Source: Octopus sinensis (lineage: Eukaryota). Taken from it: a DNA stretch of 64,000 nucleotides. How positions within the stretch are numbered: the stretch's first letter is position 1; the number at the start of each line of letters is the position of its first letter. Shown here in pieces: positions 12,020-24,337 of this stretch. The stretch is from positions 13,206,001-13,270,000 of the forward strand of contig NC_043000.1 in NCBI RefSeq assembly GCF_006345805.1. Direction: 5' to 3'. The notes beneath the pieces were generated by a model that did no database searches, was not told the origin of the DNA, and saw only the letters and a list, made by a program, of their open reading frames with translations. A program made the position numbers and the translations under genes.

Positions 12020-12235
12020 TGCCCAGGTGCACTACAACTCATCTAAAGTGTATATATAATCAGGTGTAGTTTCGACGGATTTCGGAAAGCATGAGGGCCT
12101 TAAAGGATGCAGTGTCATGGCAGTCAACAACTGACGCAGGCAGTTTATTCCATGCTTCAGCAACTCTGAGCGTGAAGAAATGTTTCCGAAAGTCATGGGA
12201 GCTGTGTTGTTTTTTGACTTTGTAGGCATGTAATG
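12020..12235 (-). mobile_element. CR1-clade LINE 3' end
   Basis: Translation HDFRKHFFTLRVAEAWNKLPASVV is a typical CR1 ORF2 C-terminus. Confidence 0.8.
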
Positions 12236-12731
12236 ATACTACCAAAGTATTTACAGCCTTCTCTAAATTCGGACCATTTAGCTTTGACTTCATTAGCTTC
12301 CTAACCCTTCTGATGTACTCTCTCTCAATTTTCGTTTTCATTTTATGATTCCCGCTCCATACTGAAGTGATGCTATCACCCACGTATTAACTGCTTGGAT
12401 TTTATTCCATCCAATCAATTTTGAGCGCAACACCAGCCTCAGTCTTCGGAAATACTCCATCCGCATTTGGTCTTTCATTTCGTTTCCATTATCTGTATTT
12501 GTATCCTGCCGTTTCAATTTGTTTAATCAAGTCTCTATTCGGTAATTCTATCCCGATAGGGACTGTACCTTGCTTCCTCTTAGGTAGATTATTCCGCACT
12601 TTCTAAGTCCAAATTCCATTCTAATATCAATACTAAAATAGTGAACTGTGTTCAGCAAGGAACTCACTTGTGTCTCATGTTTGCCATAGTTTCAAATCAT
12701 CAATGAAGAGGAGGTGGTTGATTGTTTGGAA

Positions 12732-12735
<4 letters not shown>
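12236..12735 (-). mobile_element. R4/Dong-like LINE RT fragment
   Basis: Homologous to 41245-41640 (NHLLFIDDL, AVNTWVIASLQYGAG-like). Abuts a (TTA)n tract. Confidence 0.8.
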
Positions 12736-12766
<31 letters not shown>

Positions 12767-12995
12767 TTTATTATTATTATTATATATTATTATTATTATT
12801 ATATTATTATTATTATATTATTATTATTATTATTATTATCATTATTATTATCATTTTATTATTATGATTATCATATTATTATCATTATTATTATTATTAT
12901 TATTATTATCATTATTATTATCATTATTATTATTATTATATTATTATTATTATCATTATTATTATCATCATTATTATATTATTATTATTATATCA

Positions 12996-13029
<34 letters not shown>

Positions 13030-13047
13030 CATTATTATTACATTATT

Positions 13048-13079
<32 letters not shown>

Positions 13080-13116
13080 CATCATGATCATCATCATCAT
13101 CATCATTATTATCATT
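12734..13116. repeat. (TTA)n/(TCA)n microsatellite
   Basis: Direct reading. Confidence 0.95.
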
Positions 13117-13334
13117 GCCATTTAAAACAGTTTATTTCGGTCCCATGCAACTTTGAGTGTTGTCAGCTTCTCGTAGAAATCTAGCACATTCGGGTACCTC
13201 AGCTTGACGAGCTTGGTATCTGTAAGAAGCCGACGCAACTTGCATGGGGCCGAACCAAGCTATTTTAAATAATATCAGTAACTCCTTCGTTTGTCCATTC
13301 ACCAGTAATACATATGTATGTATGCACGTACGTA

Positions 13335-13368
<34 letters not shown>

Positions 13369-13509
13369 TCAAGATTAATCAGCCGAAATTGCTACGATGA
13401 TCCGGTTCTTGACTGAAGATTGAGGGCTTCGAATGTCCCGTCCGTGTATCGTTTTTGTATCGTCTTCTAAGTGTTTTGCGTTCTTGTCTCAGTTTGTATT
13501 TTTCTACAC

Positions 13510-13557
<48 letters not shown>

Positions 13558-14005
13558 TATATATATATATATATATATTAGAAGGTTTGGAGATGATGTA
13601 CAAGTATTTTATATTAGAAGAAATGGGGTACTCAGAAATTCGGATGGTTTTATATTTACAGATATTTATTTGTATAGTACATGTTTTTATACATTAAATA
13701 ACTTATATCATATTTCATATAATTGCGCTTTAGTCCATTCTGGTGGACTTTTCAAATTGAACTAACTTCCCGTGGAAAAATTTTGATAATTTTATAGTCT
13801 TATTGAGTGTGGGGAGGGATATAAGATACTACAAGAGGGTGATGAATAGGGACAAAGTAAGTGAGAGTGCATGTGTGTGTGTGTGCGTGTGTGTGTGCGT
13901 GTTTTTGTATCTGAAAGTGGTGTTAGAGAAAAAGAAGGGAAGGAAGAAAAGGAAGAGAAGGAAGAAGAAAATTGTTTTGCTGGTTTCTTTTGTAGTTGGT
14001 CAGGA

Positions 14006-14074
<69 letters not shown>

Positions 14075-14108
14075 ATAGATATATATATATATATATATAT
14101 AATATATA

Positions 14109-14149
<41 letters not shown>

Positions 14150-14155
<6 letters not shown>

Positions 14156-14530
14156 AAAAAACACCTTTTATCAATTCAATAATGAAAATTAAATTATACC
14201 ATTTAGAAAGATTACATATTATAGAAAGATTAAATATAAGATAAAACATATAACGATGATTAAGTAATGTGCAAAATGATAAATAAAACGTATATATTTG
14301 GAAGAATAACGGCACGTGTTTCGTGGCTATATTTAAGAAATGATAATAGTAAAAATAATAGTAGTAGTAGTAAAATCACTTCAATATAAATATAGCCACT
14401 CTTCAGGTTAAAGATAACAACAGTAATAAAATAGTTAATTAGATAAATTAATATATATTCCTAAATAATCTTGTAAAATGTGAAATATCTTGACAAATAT
14501 ATTCTTGTTAATAAGATACAATTAATAAAA
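14150..14530 (-). mobile_element. Penelope pLTR-like module, copy 1 (HHR-bearing)
   Basis: High similarity to 15451-15830. Flanked by (TA)n and contains an HHR. Confidence 0.7.
14307..14410 (-). ncRNA. Minimal hammerhead ribozyme, probably inactivated (U16.1 to C)
   Basis: UAAC-CUGAAGA-GUGGCUAUAUUUA...UAAAUAUAGCCAC-GAAAC-ACGU-GCC/GUUA. 13-bp perfect stem II and 4-bp stem I. Confidence 0.8.
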
Positions 14531-14546
14531 TATTTAAAACATATAT

Positions 14547-14577
<31 letters not shown>

Positions 14578-15132
14578 TATAATATACATTAAGTGAAAAC
14601 TAAATACTACAATTTAAATTATATACATTAAATCAAATTATTAATTAATTAATTTATTTATTTGATAAACATCCAAATAAAGTCTCATAACCATTAAGTA
14701 ATTTATACTAAAAACCTTAATGTTTAGTAATATACATAATGCTAGTACAAGCCATAAATACTGGGATCAAAAATTGAAAATGGTTCAAATATACACACAC
14801 CCATTGGATAAAATTAACTATATTATTAATATATATGTAGTATCTATAGATTTAATATTTCACTCAATATTATAGTTGACCAAAATATCAATTAATATAA
14901 AACTAATTTACTTAAATGTAATACTACGTAATAAATATACGACCTAATTATTAAATAATGTATTGTCTTACAAAACTAATTCTCAAATTAAATTATAGGT
15001 TATACGTTAAATCACATTATAAAAATAATAATAACGCATACTAAATAAATAGATATCATAACTAATAACTATCAAGAAACTATATATAAAATTATTATTT
15101 CAACAACAACAAACAACAACAACAACAATAGC

Positions 15133-15172
<40 letters not shown>

Positions 15173-15180
15173 TAATAATA

Positions 15181-15240
<60 letters not shown>

Positions 15241-15348
15241 CCCAATACAATTCAAAAGCCAAATAATATTGATGAACAAAAAACGTTACTTAGCTTGTCG
15301 GTGAAAATAATATAGCTGAATTTTAAACGTAAAAAAGTAGGTCTTAGC

Positions 15349-15417
<69 letters not shown>

Positions 15418-15450
15418 GTGTGTGTGTGTGTGTGTGGTGTGTGTGTGTGT

Positions 15451-15865
15451 TAGAAAAAAACCCTTTTATCAATTCAAAAATGAAAATCAAATTATACTAT
15501 TTAGAAAAATTACATCTTATAGAAAGATGAAATATAATATAAAACATATAACAATGATTAAGTAATGTGCAAAATAATAAATGAAACGTATATATTTGGT
15601 AGAATATGTAACGACGTGTTTCGTGGCTATATTTAAGAAATGATAATAGTAATAATAATAGTAGTAAAATCACTTCAATATAAATATAGTCAATCTTCAG
15701 GTTAAAGATAACAACAATAAAATAATTGATTAGATAAATTAATAAATATACGTAAATAATCTTGTAAAATACGAAATATCTTATCAAATATATTCTTGTT
15801 TAAATAAAAAAAATACGATACAATTAATTAAATTGATTTGACAAAAGGTGGATATTTTCTAATTT
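15451..15865 (-). mobile_element. Penelope pLTR-like module, copy 2, followed by an inverted copy of its end (15884-15930)
   Basis: Direct repeat of 14150-14530. 15818-15865 is mirrored across a (TA)n tract. Confidence 0.7.
15609..15704 (-). ncRNA. Minimal hammerhead ribozyme, diverged
   Basis: UAAC-CUGAAGA-UUGACUAUAUUUA...UAAAUAUAGCCAC-GAAAC-AC-GUC/GUUA. GUC site intact, two stem II substitutions. Confidence 0.75.
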
Positions 15866-16382
15866 ATATATATATATATATATAAATTAGAAAATATCCA
15901 CCTTTTGTCAAATCATTTAATTAATTGTATATATATATTATATATATATATATTTTGTGAAATTTGATTTAGTATTTCTAACTTGAATTTTTCCCCGTAA
16001 GTTTGGAATAATATTCCCTCATATATTATATATATATATATATTATATGTATATTATATATATATATATATATGTATGTACACATACAGAACACATATGC
16101 ACTCACACACACACACACACACCCACACGCATTTATATGTGTCTGTACGTGTAACTTGACACTGGTTATTATGAAATATTTCATGATTTTTTTTCTTAAT
16201 CTTTAAATATTTCGAACACGAAAGTGTAGTAATTCAGTCTTTGATTTAAAACACATTTAAAAGATAAACTTGCAAATATCTATTTTAGCTACCATATATA
16301 TGTGTGTGTGACTGTGTGTACACACACACACACACACGCACACATACATATATTTACATACAAACGTACTTATAGATATAGG

Positions 16383-16445
<63 letters not shown>

Positions 16446-16486
16446 GTGTTTGTATATATATATATATGCTTGTATATATATATATA

Positions 16487-16718
16487 CGGTAATCCCTCAC
16501 CATATCGGTGTACACCTATCGCGATTCACTTATCGCGGCTTATTATTTAAGCCTACGTCGATTCCTCTGTGGTGTTGTTTTGCATTTATAATAAAATAAA
16601 TATATACAAATTAAATAAAATAAAAAAATATGCAATACGGTACTGTTTTTACTTCGCGGAATTTCACCTATCGCGGGGGTTTGGGAATGTAACATCCGAG
16701 ATCGTCGAGTGATTACTG
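16487..16718. mobile_element. Tigger/pogo-like MITE
   Basis: TIRs CGGTAATCCCTC / GAGTGATTACTG with TA on both sides. Confidence 0.75.
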
Positions 16719-17014
16719 TATATATATATATATATATATATATTTTAAAATATATATAAAATTTTGTTTATTTTTAGTAGTTTTGACCGCATTGGTCCCT
16801 CTTAGCGTGTTGGTATCTACGAATAGTAGTACCCTCAATATATATAAAATATATATATATACAATACATACATACATGCATTAATTTATACATATATATA
16901 TAGATACATACACATACATGCATTCATTTATATATAGATATATGTATATATATATATATAGATATATATATATATATGTATAAGGGTGGAAAGGACACAC
17001 GAGTTGATATATAT

Positions 17015-17140
17015 GAAAAAACAAGTCAAAAATAGAAAATGCTAAGATGATTTTATAGTGAATCTTTCATGACCGAAACCGGTACTGAAAGATTCACTAT
17101 AAAATCATCTTAGCATTTTCTATTTTTGACTTGTTTTTTC
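17015..17140. repeat. Perfect 55-bp fold-back with HHR 3' half in the loop
   Basis: Arms 17015-17069 and 17086-17140. Loop tgaccGAAACCGGTAc contains the palindrome ACCGGT. (TA)n on both sides. Confidence 0.9.
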
Positions 17141-17174
17141 ATATATATATATATATATATATATAATATAATAT

Positions 17175-17233
<59 letters not shown>

Positions 17234-17318
17234 TTAGAGATAAAACCACTATTAGGCAAATCAAACAATGAAAAACTTAAGCCAATACATAAAATTATTA
17301 ATTTATATTATTTTATAT

Positions 17319-17371
<53 letters not shown>

Positions 17372-17421
17372 GTGTGTGTGTGTGGTACGTGTGTGCATGT
17401 GTGTTTGTGTGTGTATGTTTA

Positions 17422-17545
17422 CAGTGGGGCCTTATTTACGAACGTAATCCATTCCGGAGCCGTGTTCATTAAGCAAACAGTTCGTTCCACGAATATTAGA
17501 AATATAAAAAGGGGAATCCGTTCCAAACGACAACCAAACGGCACA
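17422..17545. mobile_element. Tigger-like fragment
   Basis: ta|CAGTGG start and ttacgaacgtaatcc subterminal motif. No second TIR found. Confidence 0.4.
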
Positions 17546-17601
17546 TAAAGGCGTGAAATGAATGTTTTATTTGTCCATCCACCTATACATAAACGTGTGT
17601 G

Positions 17602-17646
<45 letters not shown>

Positions 17647-17822
17647 GCTTTGTCTTCCATCTGTTGGTCAACGGTTATGTTTTCATAAAAAAAAATGAGA
17701 AATATTATGTTCTTATGTGTCTTCTACTATAGCCTCAGGCCTACCGAAGCCTTGTGAGTGGATTTGGTAGACAGAAACTGAAAGAAGCCCATCGTATATA
17801 TGTATATATATATGTCTGTGAA

Positions 17823-17980
17823 GCTCGTCGTGGAATCGATTTTTGTAATTTTTTCAAGACTTATACACGCCCTGATACCGTCGGTATCTGCATATCAAAT
17901 TTGAGCGCAATCGGATGGAGGATCCCCGAGATCCTAGAAGACACACACACACAGACCGACAGAATGGATTTTATATAATA
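17823..17980 (-). mobile_element. Non-autonomous Helitron 5' fragment, next to a SINE B piece (17715-17815)
   Basis: Same sequence as 24190-24337 and the reverse complement of 18860-18950. Confidence 0.65.
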
Positions 17981-18584
17981 TATATATATATACTGTACAT
18001 TTTCAGCTTCATTTATTTCTTCATATACTTATATATAGTGGGGTATGCATATACGAATGGTTCTCAATACGAAAATATTAGATTACCAACGGTTTTTCTA
18101 GAGAGAATTAAACTCGCCTAACGAGCTGAAATTTGATTAACGAACTACATGCAGACTATGTACGTGTATTAACGACTGGGAGCCCATTCGCTGAACAAGC
18201 TAAAACTTGAAAACAAGCTTAGTAAACTAAGCACACTTAGACGTGCTGTGAGCACAAATTATATGGCGAAGAGTTTTACTGACGATAATCATATTCAAAC
18301 AACGAACTGAAATTTGAACGACAGAGCGCGAGAAGACTACGTACGCATGTAAGTACAGAGAGAGAGAGAGAGAGAGAGAGAGTACGAACAGTTCGTTAAA
18401 TTCTCTGTACGCTTTTCATGTAGTTTTTAAATTGTTTTCTAGTCTAGTTTCTAACTGTTGAAGGATTAAACGTTTTATTAAACCTTTTCCTGTAAAACAA
18501 TTTTTTATTTTAGAAAAATTTAAAGTGTGAACATTTTGTTGAATACTTTTTTCTGTAAAATAAGAAATTTCTTTCCCATTTAAA

Positions 18585-18814
18585 TACTCTTTACTCTTTT
18601 ACTTGTTTCAGTCATTTGACTGTGGTCATGCTGGAGCACCGCCTTTAGTCCAGCAAATCGACCCCAGGACTTATTCTTTGTAAGCCTAATACTTATTCTA
18701 TCGGTCTCTTTTGCCGAACCGCTAAGTTACGGGGACGTAAACACACCAGCATCGGTTGTCAAGCGACGTTGGGGGGGAGAAACACAGACACAAAAACATA
18801 CACACACGTATATA

Positions 18815-18850
<36 letters not shown>
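18585..18850 (-). mobile_element. SINE family B, 3' half
   Basis: Reverse complement of the conserved tail plus central microsatellite. Confidence 0.9.
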
Positions 18851-18854
<4 letters not shown>

Positions 18855-18859
<5 letters not shown>

Positions 18860-19353
18860 CCTCCATCCAATTGCGCTCAAATTTGATATGTAGATACCGA
18901 CGGTATCAGGGCGTGTATAAGTCTTGAAAAAATTACAAAAATCGATTCCAGGTGAGAATGCGATCGATAAAGCCGTAGGAACGTGCATTTATTCGCGCAA
19001 GTACATCAACTGTTGCGATCGATACTACGCGTTCGCGAGAAAAATGCACGTCCAGTTTGCGCAAAAAGAGCCGGCATGTTTGAAATAATTCCACAAAATG
19101 CAGTATATTTAAGAAACCCAAAAAGTAAGATGCAAAGAGATGTTTTCTTCAAACTTGGCATGAAAGAAGGAAAGGTTATTTGGTTTCTCAAGAAGTTCTT
19201 TTTTTTTTTGCCTTAACTTCGTTTAACAAAACCAAAAGTTTTATTGAAATAAAGGCATGCTTAATTATTTTTTAATGAAAAGAAAATACTGATTGCTTTT
19301 TAGTCAGCAGATATGATTCAGCACAGTCCATTGGACAGGGGGCGTTTTGCTAG
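18855..19353 (+). mobile_element. Non-autonomous Helitron-like element
   Basis: 5' part shared with 17823-17980 and 24190-24337. 3' end has a GC-rich hairpin remnant (gtccattggacagggg) and CTAG at 19350-19353. Confidence 0.6.
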
Positions 19354-19367
19354 CATATATATATATA

Positions 19368-19680
19368 TAAGGTTAATCCAAACGGGAAAACAGAAAAAAC
19401 AACAACACGTGGAACAATTACAGTATTATTATTATTAGGCGCTCAGGAAAATGGAAGAAGGAGGGTATGACGTTTCGAGCGGAGCTCTTCGTCGGAAACA
19501 TAGGAGAAAGAAAGATCCCGAGACGGGAGGACAGAGGAAAAAAAAATTGCAGGTAGTCTTCACGAGGTCACATACTGAAAAGACGGAAGTAGTAAAAAAG
19601 GAGGAAAATGTTTTTTAAAAACAGGAGAGCTGAATCAAAGAGGGAATGGTAAAAAAAGTGTGCGAGAAAACGAGGGTGTG
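19368..19680 (-). mobile_element. (TA)n-flanked module with minimal HHR-like motif (19465-19499)
   Basis: Minus strand reads GUUU-CCGACGA-A-GAGC-UCC-GCUC-GAAAC-GUC/AUAC. U4C variant, ACGU palindrome. Confidence 0.6.
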
Positions 19681-19699
19681 TATGTATATATATATATAT

Positions 19700-19915
<216 letters not shown>

Positions 19916-20153
19916 ATGCATATATACATACATATATGAACATACCTACATATATATGTATATATACATGCATATATGGGTACAGGACATAAATAAACGT
20001 AGACACCATGAGAAACGAAAACATAAAAACGAAAAATAGAAAACGAACTTTTTTCGAACAACGAAAACAACAAACAGAGAAACGAGACGTGCAACATAAA
20101 GAACATTCCCTTCATAAGCTCTCCCCAGTTTTATCTACTCCGCGCTTCATATA

Positions 20154-20551
20154 TCTTTATATATAAAAGTGAAGTTGTGTGTCTGTCTCCTACGATTTAG
20201 ATTCCTAACTATTCCCACATTTTGCGGTGCAGTTTAACCAAAACCGGGTATCTTATAGTCGTGATTCATATCGAGCCCTTCTGGATATTAGCGCGCGTCT
20301 ACGATGAGTCTACGATTTAAAAGAAAATTACCATCATTTTTTTCCATTTTAATGCATTTTTTCGCTATTATATAAGGGAAGTAACTCTCTAAAAATGTCT
20401 ACGATGAGTCAACGATTTAAAAAAAAAATTTACCATCATTTTTTTCCCATTTTTAATGCATTTTTTTGCTATTTTTTGGCTATAACTCTCTAAAATGCTT
20501 ATATAGTTATTTCCCTTACAAACACGAGCAACACCGGGCGATACTGCTAGT
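20154..20551 (+). mobile_element. Non-autonomous Helitron
   Basis: a|TC 5' end (TCTTTATATATAAAA), internal ~100-bp tandem duplication, subterminal hairpin remnant (cacgagcaacaccggg) and CTAG|t 3' end. Confidence 0.85.
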
Positions 20552-20829
20552 ATTATATATATTTCGTTTTGGGATTTGGTTTGCAAGATTCTTTATGTGA
20601 GTTCGTGTGTTGAAACATATTCTGTTGTGTCTGGGGAGAGTCATTATCTTTTAGTGCCTTATTATTTAACACACTCACCGGTAAAATTTCCACTCGTTTG
20701 CCTTTTTTTTCTAAAATTTTCGTTGCGTCTTGCAACCTTTTCAATAGTTGTCGACTTTGTCCGTTATTGAAGCTGCGTTCTTTGTGTTTGTTTGTGCGCA
20801 TGTGTGTGTGGTTCAGTGTGTGTGCGCAT

Positions 20830-21001
20830 GCACATGTATGTATGTATGTATGTATGTATGTATGTATGTATGTATGTATGTATGTATGTATGTATGCATG
20901 TATGTATGTATGTATGTATGTATGTATGTATGTATGTATGTATGCATGCATGTATGTATGTATGTATGTATGTATGTATGCATGTATGTATGTATGCATG
21001 C

Positions 21002-21034
<33 letters not shown>

Positions 21035-21240
21035 TGTATGTATTTACGTATGTATGTATGCATGTATGTATGTATGTATGTATGTATGTATGTATGCATG
21101 CATGTATGTATGTATGTATGTATGTATGTATGCATGCATGTATGTATGCATGCATGTATGTATGCATGCATGCATATATGCATGTATGTGTGTGTGTGTG
21201 TGCGTATGTATATGTATGTGTGTACGTTTGTATGTATGTA
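20830..21240. repeat. (TATG)n microsatellite
   Basis: Direct reading. Confidence 0.95.
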
Positions 21241-21420
21241 TGTATTCTGCCTGCATATTCATGTGTTAGTGTATCCGTGTTTGTGTGTGTGTGTGTGTGT
21301 GGTCTTTTTTTGCAACTATGTGCTGTATCTGTATATATGGATGTGTATCTCCATATGTATGGACGAGTGTCTCCATATATGTCCTTGTGTGATGTGTGTG
21401 ATGTGTGTGTGTATGTGTGT

Positions 21421-21467
<47 letters not shown>

Positions 21468-21587
21468 GTGGTCGTGTGTTTCAGTCTTCATTTATGTATG
21501 TGTGTATGTGTGCTTGTCTGTTCATATAACCTATGCACCTATCCGTCTGTATGTCTAGCTGTTTACATTCATATCCATATACCGACA

Positions 21588-21745
21588 TACATTACGTTCT
21601 GAGTTCAAATTCCACCGAGGCCGACTTTGCCTTTCCTCCTTTCGCGGTCGATAAATTAAGTACCAGTTGCGTAGTGGGGTCGGTCTAATCGACAGGTCTC
21701 CTCCCCCCAAATTTCGGACCTTGTGCCTAGAGCAGAAAAGAATTT
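21588..21745 (+). mobile_element. SINE family A, 5'-truncated
   Basis: ttacgttctgagttcaaattcc...gactttgcctttc core. Confidence 0.85.
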
Positions 21746-22139
21746 TCACGCATTATTTCTTCATTTAACATTAACGTGAAATCACGTTAATCCTATAAGA
21801 TTTACTTATTCCAGCCCCCGGTGCCCTAGCATGGTCACAATATGCTAGAACACAACCGTTGTTTATATACTTTTAGATTTGCGTCCTCACTAGAAGAACT
21901 GCGTTGTTTTCCACGCCCAGTTTCCTTTCAAACAAACTCCTATTAAGCTGAGCCATTGATGGAGTGTTAATGAAGACGCTGGAAATGCTAGAAATAGTAG
22001 CCAAATACTCATCCGCTCCCACTGAAATATCCAGTCCCTGTTATGGTGTGGTGTGACTTTGAGATCTATGCCAATAGAGCGCAAGCTCATGGTAGGGACT
22101 CCTACGCCGGACAGATCAAAAGATTAAAAAAAAAAAAAG

Positions 22140-22376
22140 GTGAAGTTACCGTCTCCAATCAAACTGACTCCTAAGGACCGGTTTCCTGGTTTCCAGGGCG
22201 TATAAATACCCCACCTGGACGGGACGCCGGTTCTTAGCAGGATTACTCATTTTTACCAGCAACGTGAAATGAAGTGTTTTACTCAAGAAAACAACGCATC
22301 GCCTGATCCAAGAATCGAAACCACAATCTTACGATCATTAGTCCAACACCCTAACCACTAAGCCACGTGCCTCCAC
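22140..22376 (-). mobile_element. SINE family C variant
   Basis: Shares head and core with 8561-8822. Confidence 0.85.
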
Positions 22377-22924
22377 AGGTCGAACGATAGAGACCAGACA
22401 AATAGGAATCACAGCTTCCCAAAGGGATCAATGGGTTTGATAGGTCCAACACCCCTACATAAGAGAAAGCAAAATTATAGTAGCCCCTATAAGAATCAAA
22501 AACTAACAAGACTTGAGAGATGCGGAAAAGGGAGTCCAGAATCGAGAACGCTGGACTAAACTCGTCGATGGCCCACCTTCTTCCGGGAGCGAAGAGGGTT
22601 ACAGTTAAAAACTAGAATCTTCTTTTGCTTGGAGTTAAGCATCAAAGAAAAAATAGAACGTAAAAAAACTCTATCATGGCAAAATCCTGGCTTTTTAGAT
22701 TCCTGATTGCGTGTTCCAAGTAATAACATCTGCTGTTTCACCTTACCTGAGAACTTTCTTTATAAAAGTACACCTTGGAGTTCGTACGGTAAAAAAGAAC
22801 GCTGATACATATAAGTTACATATATACATAGACACATACGCATGAGCGCGCACGTACACACACAATCCTATGTGTGTGTGTGTGTGTGTGCGCGTGTGTA
22901 CATGTATATTTATAAATATAGTTT

Positions 22925-22961
<37 letters not shown>

Positions 22962-23180
22962 GCATGTTATGTTCGTATATATTTTGATAGATAGATAGAG
23001 AAGTAACAGTATCAGCTATCAGATGCGTAAGGTGTCTGCAAATCAAAACAAAAAAAAAAAGAGAAAAAGTACTCAATGCGTTTAAGGATAGAGTGTGTTA
23101 TGTTACAAAGATTACTTATAACTTGCATAAAAGTTTCATCGGTAACATTGTAGCTACATCCAGAATCATTATATATATAT

Positions 23181-23384
23181 ATAATAAATGCGCCCTTTTA
23201 AAGCCTAGCCAGGCTCATGGGCCCGGTTTCCCGGTTTCTATGGCGTATGTGTTCCTCAGCTGAATGGGACGCCAGTCCATCGCAGCGTTACTCATTTTTG
23301 CAAGCTGAGTGGACTGGAGCAACGTGAAATGAAGTGTTTTGCTCAAGAACACAACGTGTCGCCCGGTCCAGGAATCGAAACCAC
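23181..23384 (-). mobile_element. SINE family C, head missing (abuts CR1)
   Basis: Near-identical to 8571-8770. Confidence 0.9.
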
Positions 23385-24075
23385 CAAGTTTGGAGATGAT
23401 CAAACGAATGGGACCTGTGTCTGAACGTGTCAAAGTGCTGTCATCTGCCTGTTGGCTCCTCTCTTGCAACTCAACTTGATTTCGAGCCGGGTCGTCTGCT
23501 GCCGGAGAAGACCGACCAAGTAAAGGACCTGGGTATCTTGGTGGATTCTTTCTTTTCGCCTTCGGCCCAATGCGTCCATGTTGCCAACAAAGCACGCGGA
23601 GTTCTGTTCTTGATTCGACGGTCATTCGGAATGCTCACAGCAGCCATATTCCTACAGCTCTATGTCACGCTGGTGAGACCCATATTGGAGTACGGGATTC
23701 AAGCCTCTTCTCCTTATCTCCTCAAAGACATACATTATCTCGAAAGAGTCCAGAAGCTGGCTACCGCATGGTTCTTGGTCTCAAGCATTTGTCTTATGAA
23801 GAAAAGCTAAAGATGCTCGACCTTTATTCTCTCGAAAAACGACGACGCCGTGGTGATCTCATTCTTGCTCACAACATCATAAGCGGAAAGTGTAACCTCT
23901 CGAAAGAGCTGTTCTTCACTCCTGCTCCAGAGCGTGGGCTGCGTGGTCACTCCGAAAAGCTCTATCTAAGACGATTTCATCTCAATCGAAGGAAAGGGGC
24001 TTTCTCCGTCCGGGTTGCGGATCCGTGGAATAAGCTGCCGGACGAGATAGTGAAGATGCCGACGACCGACAGGAA
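23385..24075 (+). pseudogene. CR1-clade LINE ORF2 C-terminal part (5'-truncated, one frameshift near 23767)
   Basis: KDLGILVD, LYVTLVRPILEY, LERVQ, LYSLEKRRRRGDLI, RGHSEKL and FSVRVADPWNKLP motifs split over ORFs 23427-23810 and 23570-24091. Confidence 0.92.
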
Positions 24076-24079
24076 AGAA

Positions 24080-24337
24080 AAGCGCCTTTAAGCAGTAGAA
24101 AAACAAAAACAAAAAAATGTAAGGTGCAGTTATGTACAGGTTGACGGAATAAAAGCAGGACAAAAACGGTTTTATCGATCGCATTCTCACCTGGAATCGA
24201 TTTTTGTAATTTTTTCAAGACTTATACACGCCCTGATACCGTCGGTATCTACATAACAAATTTGAGCGCAATCGGATGGAGGATGCCCGACATCCTAGAA
24301 GACAAACACACAGACAGAACGGATTTTATATAATAGA
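24080..24337 (-). mobile_element. Non-autonomous Helitron 5' part
   Basis: Minus strand begins a|TCTATTATATAAAATCC followed by a GTCT-type microsatellite. Shared with two other copies. Confidence 0.7.

Noticed and set aside
13405-13445. CTGAAGA...GAATGTC HHR-like string in a TA-flanked module
   Set aside because: GAAA box altered and no stem I or stem III pairing. The module may still be a PLE tail.
16775-16812. Minus-strand CUAAGA-GACC/GGUC-AAAAC-UACUA
   Set aside because: Needs three core mutations and lacks stem I. At best a very decayed HHR.
20700-20755. Minus-strand GUUGC/GCAAC hairpin followed by GAAA
   Set aside because: Upstream box reads CUAUUGA and stem I cannot be formed.
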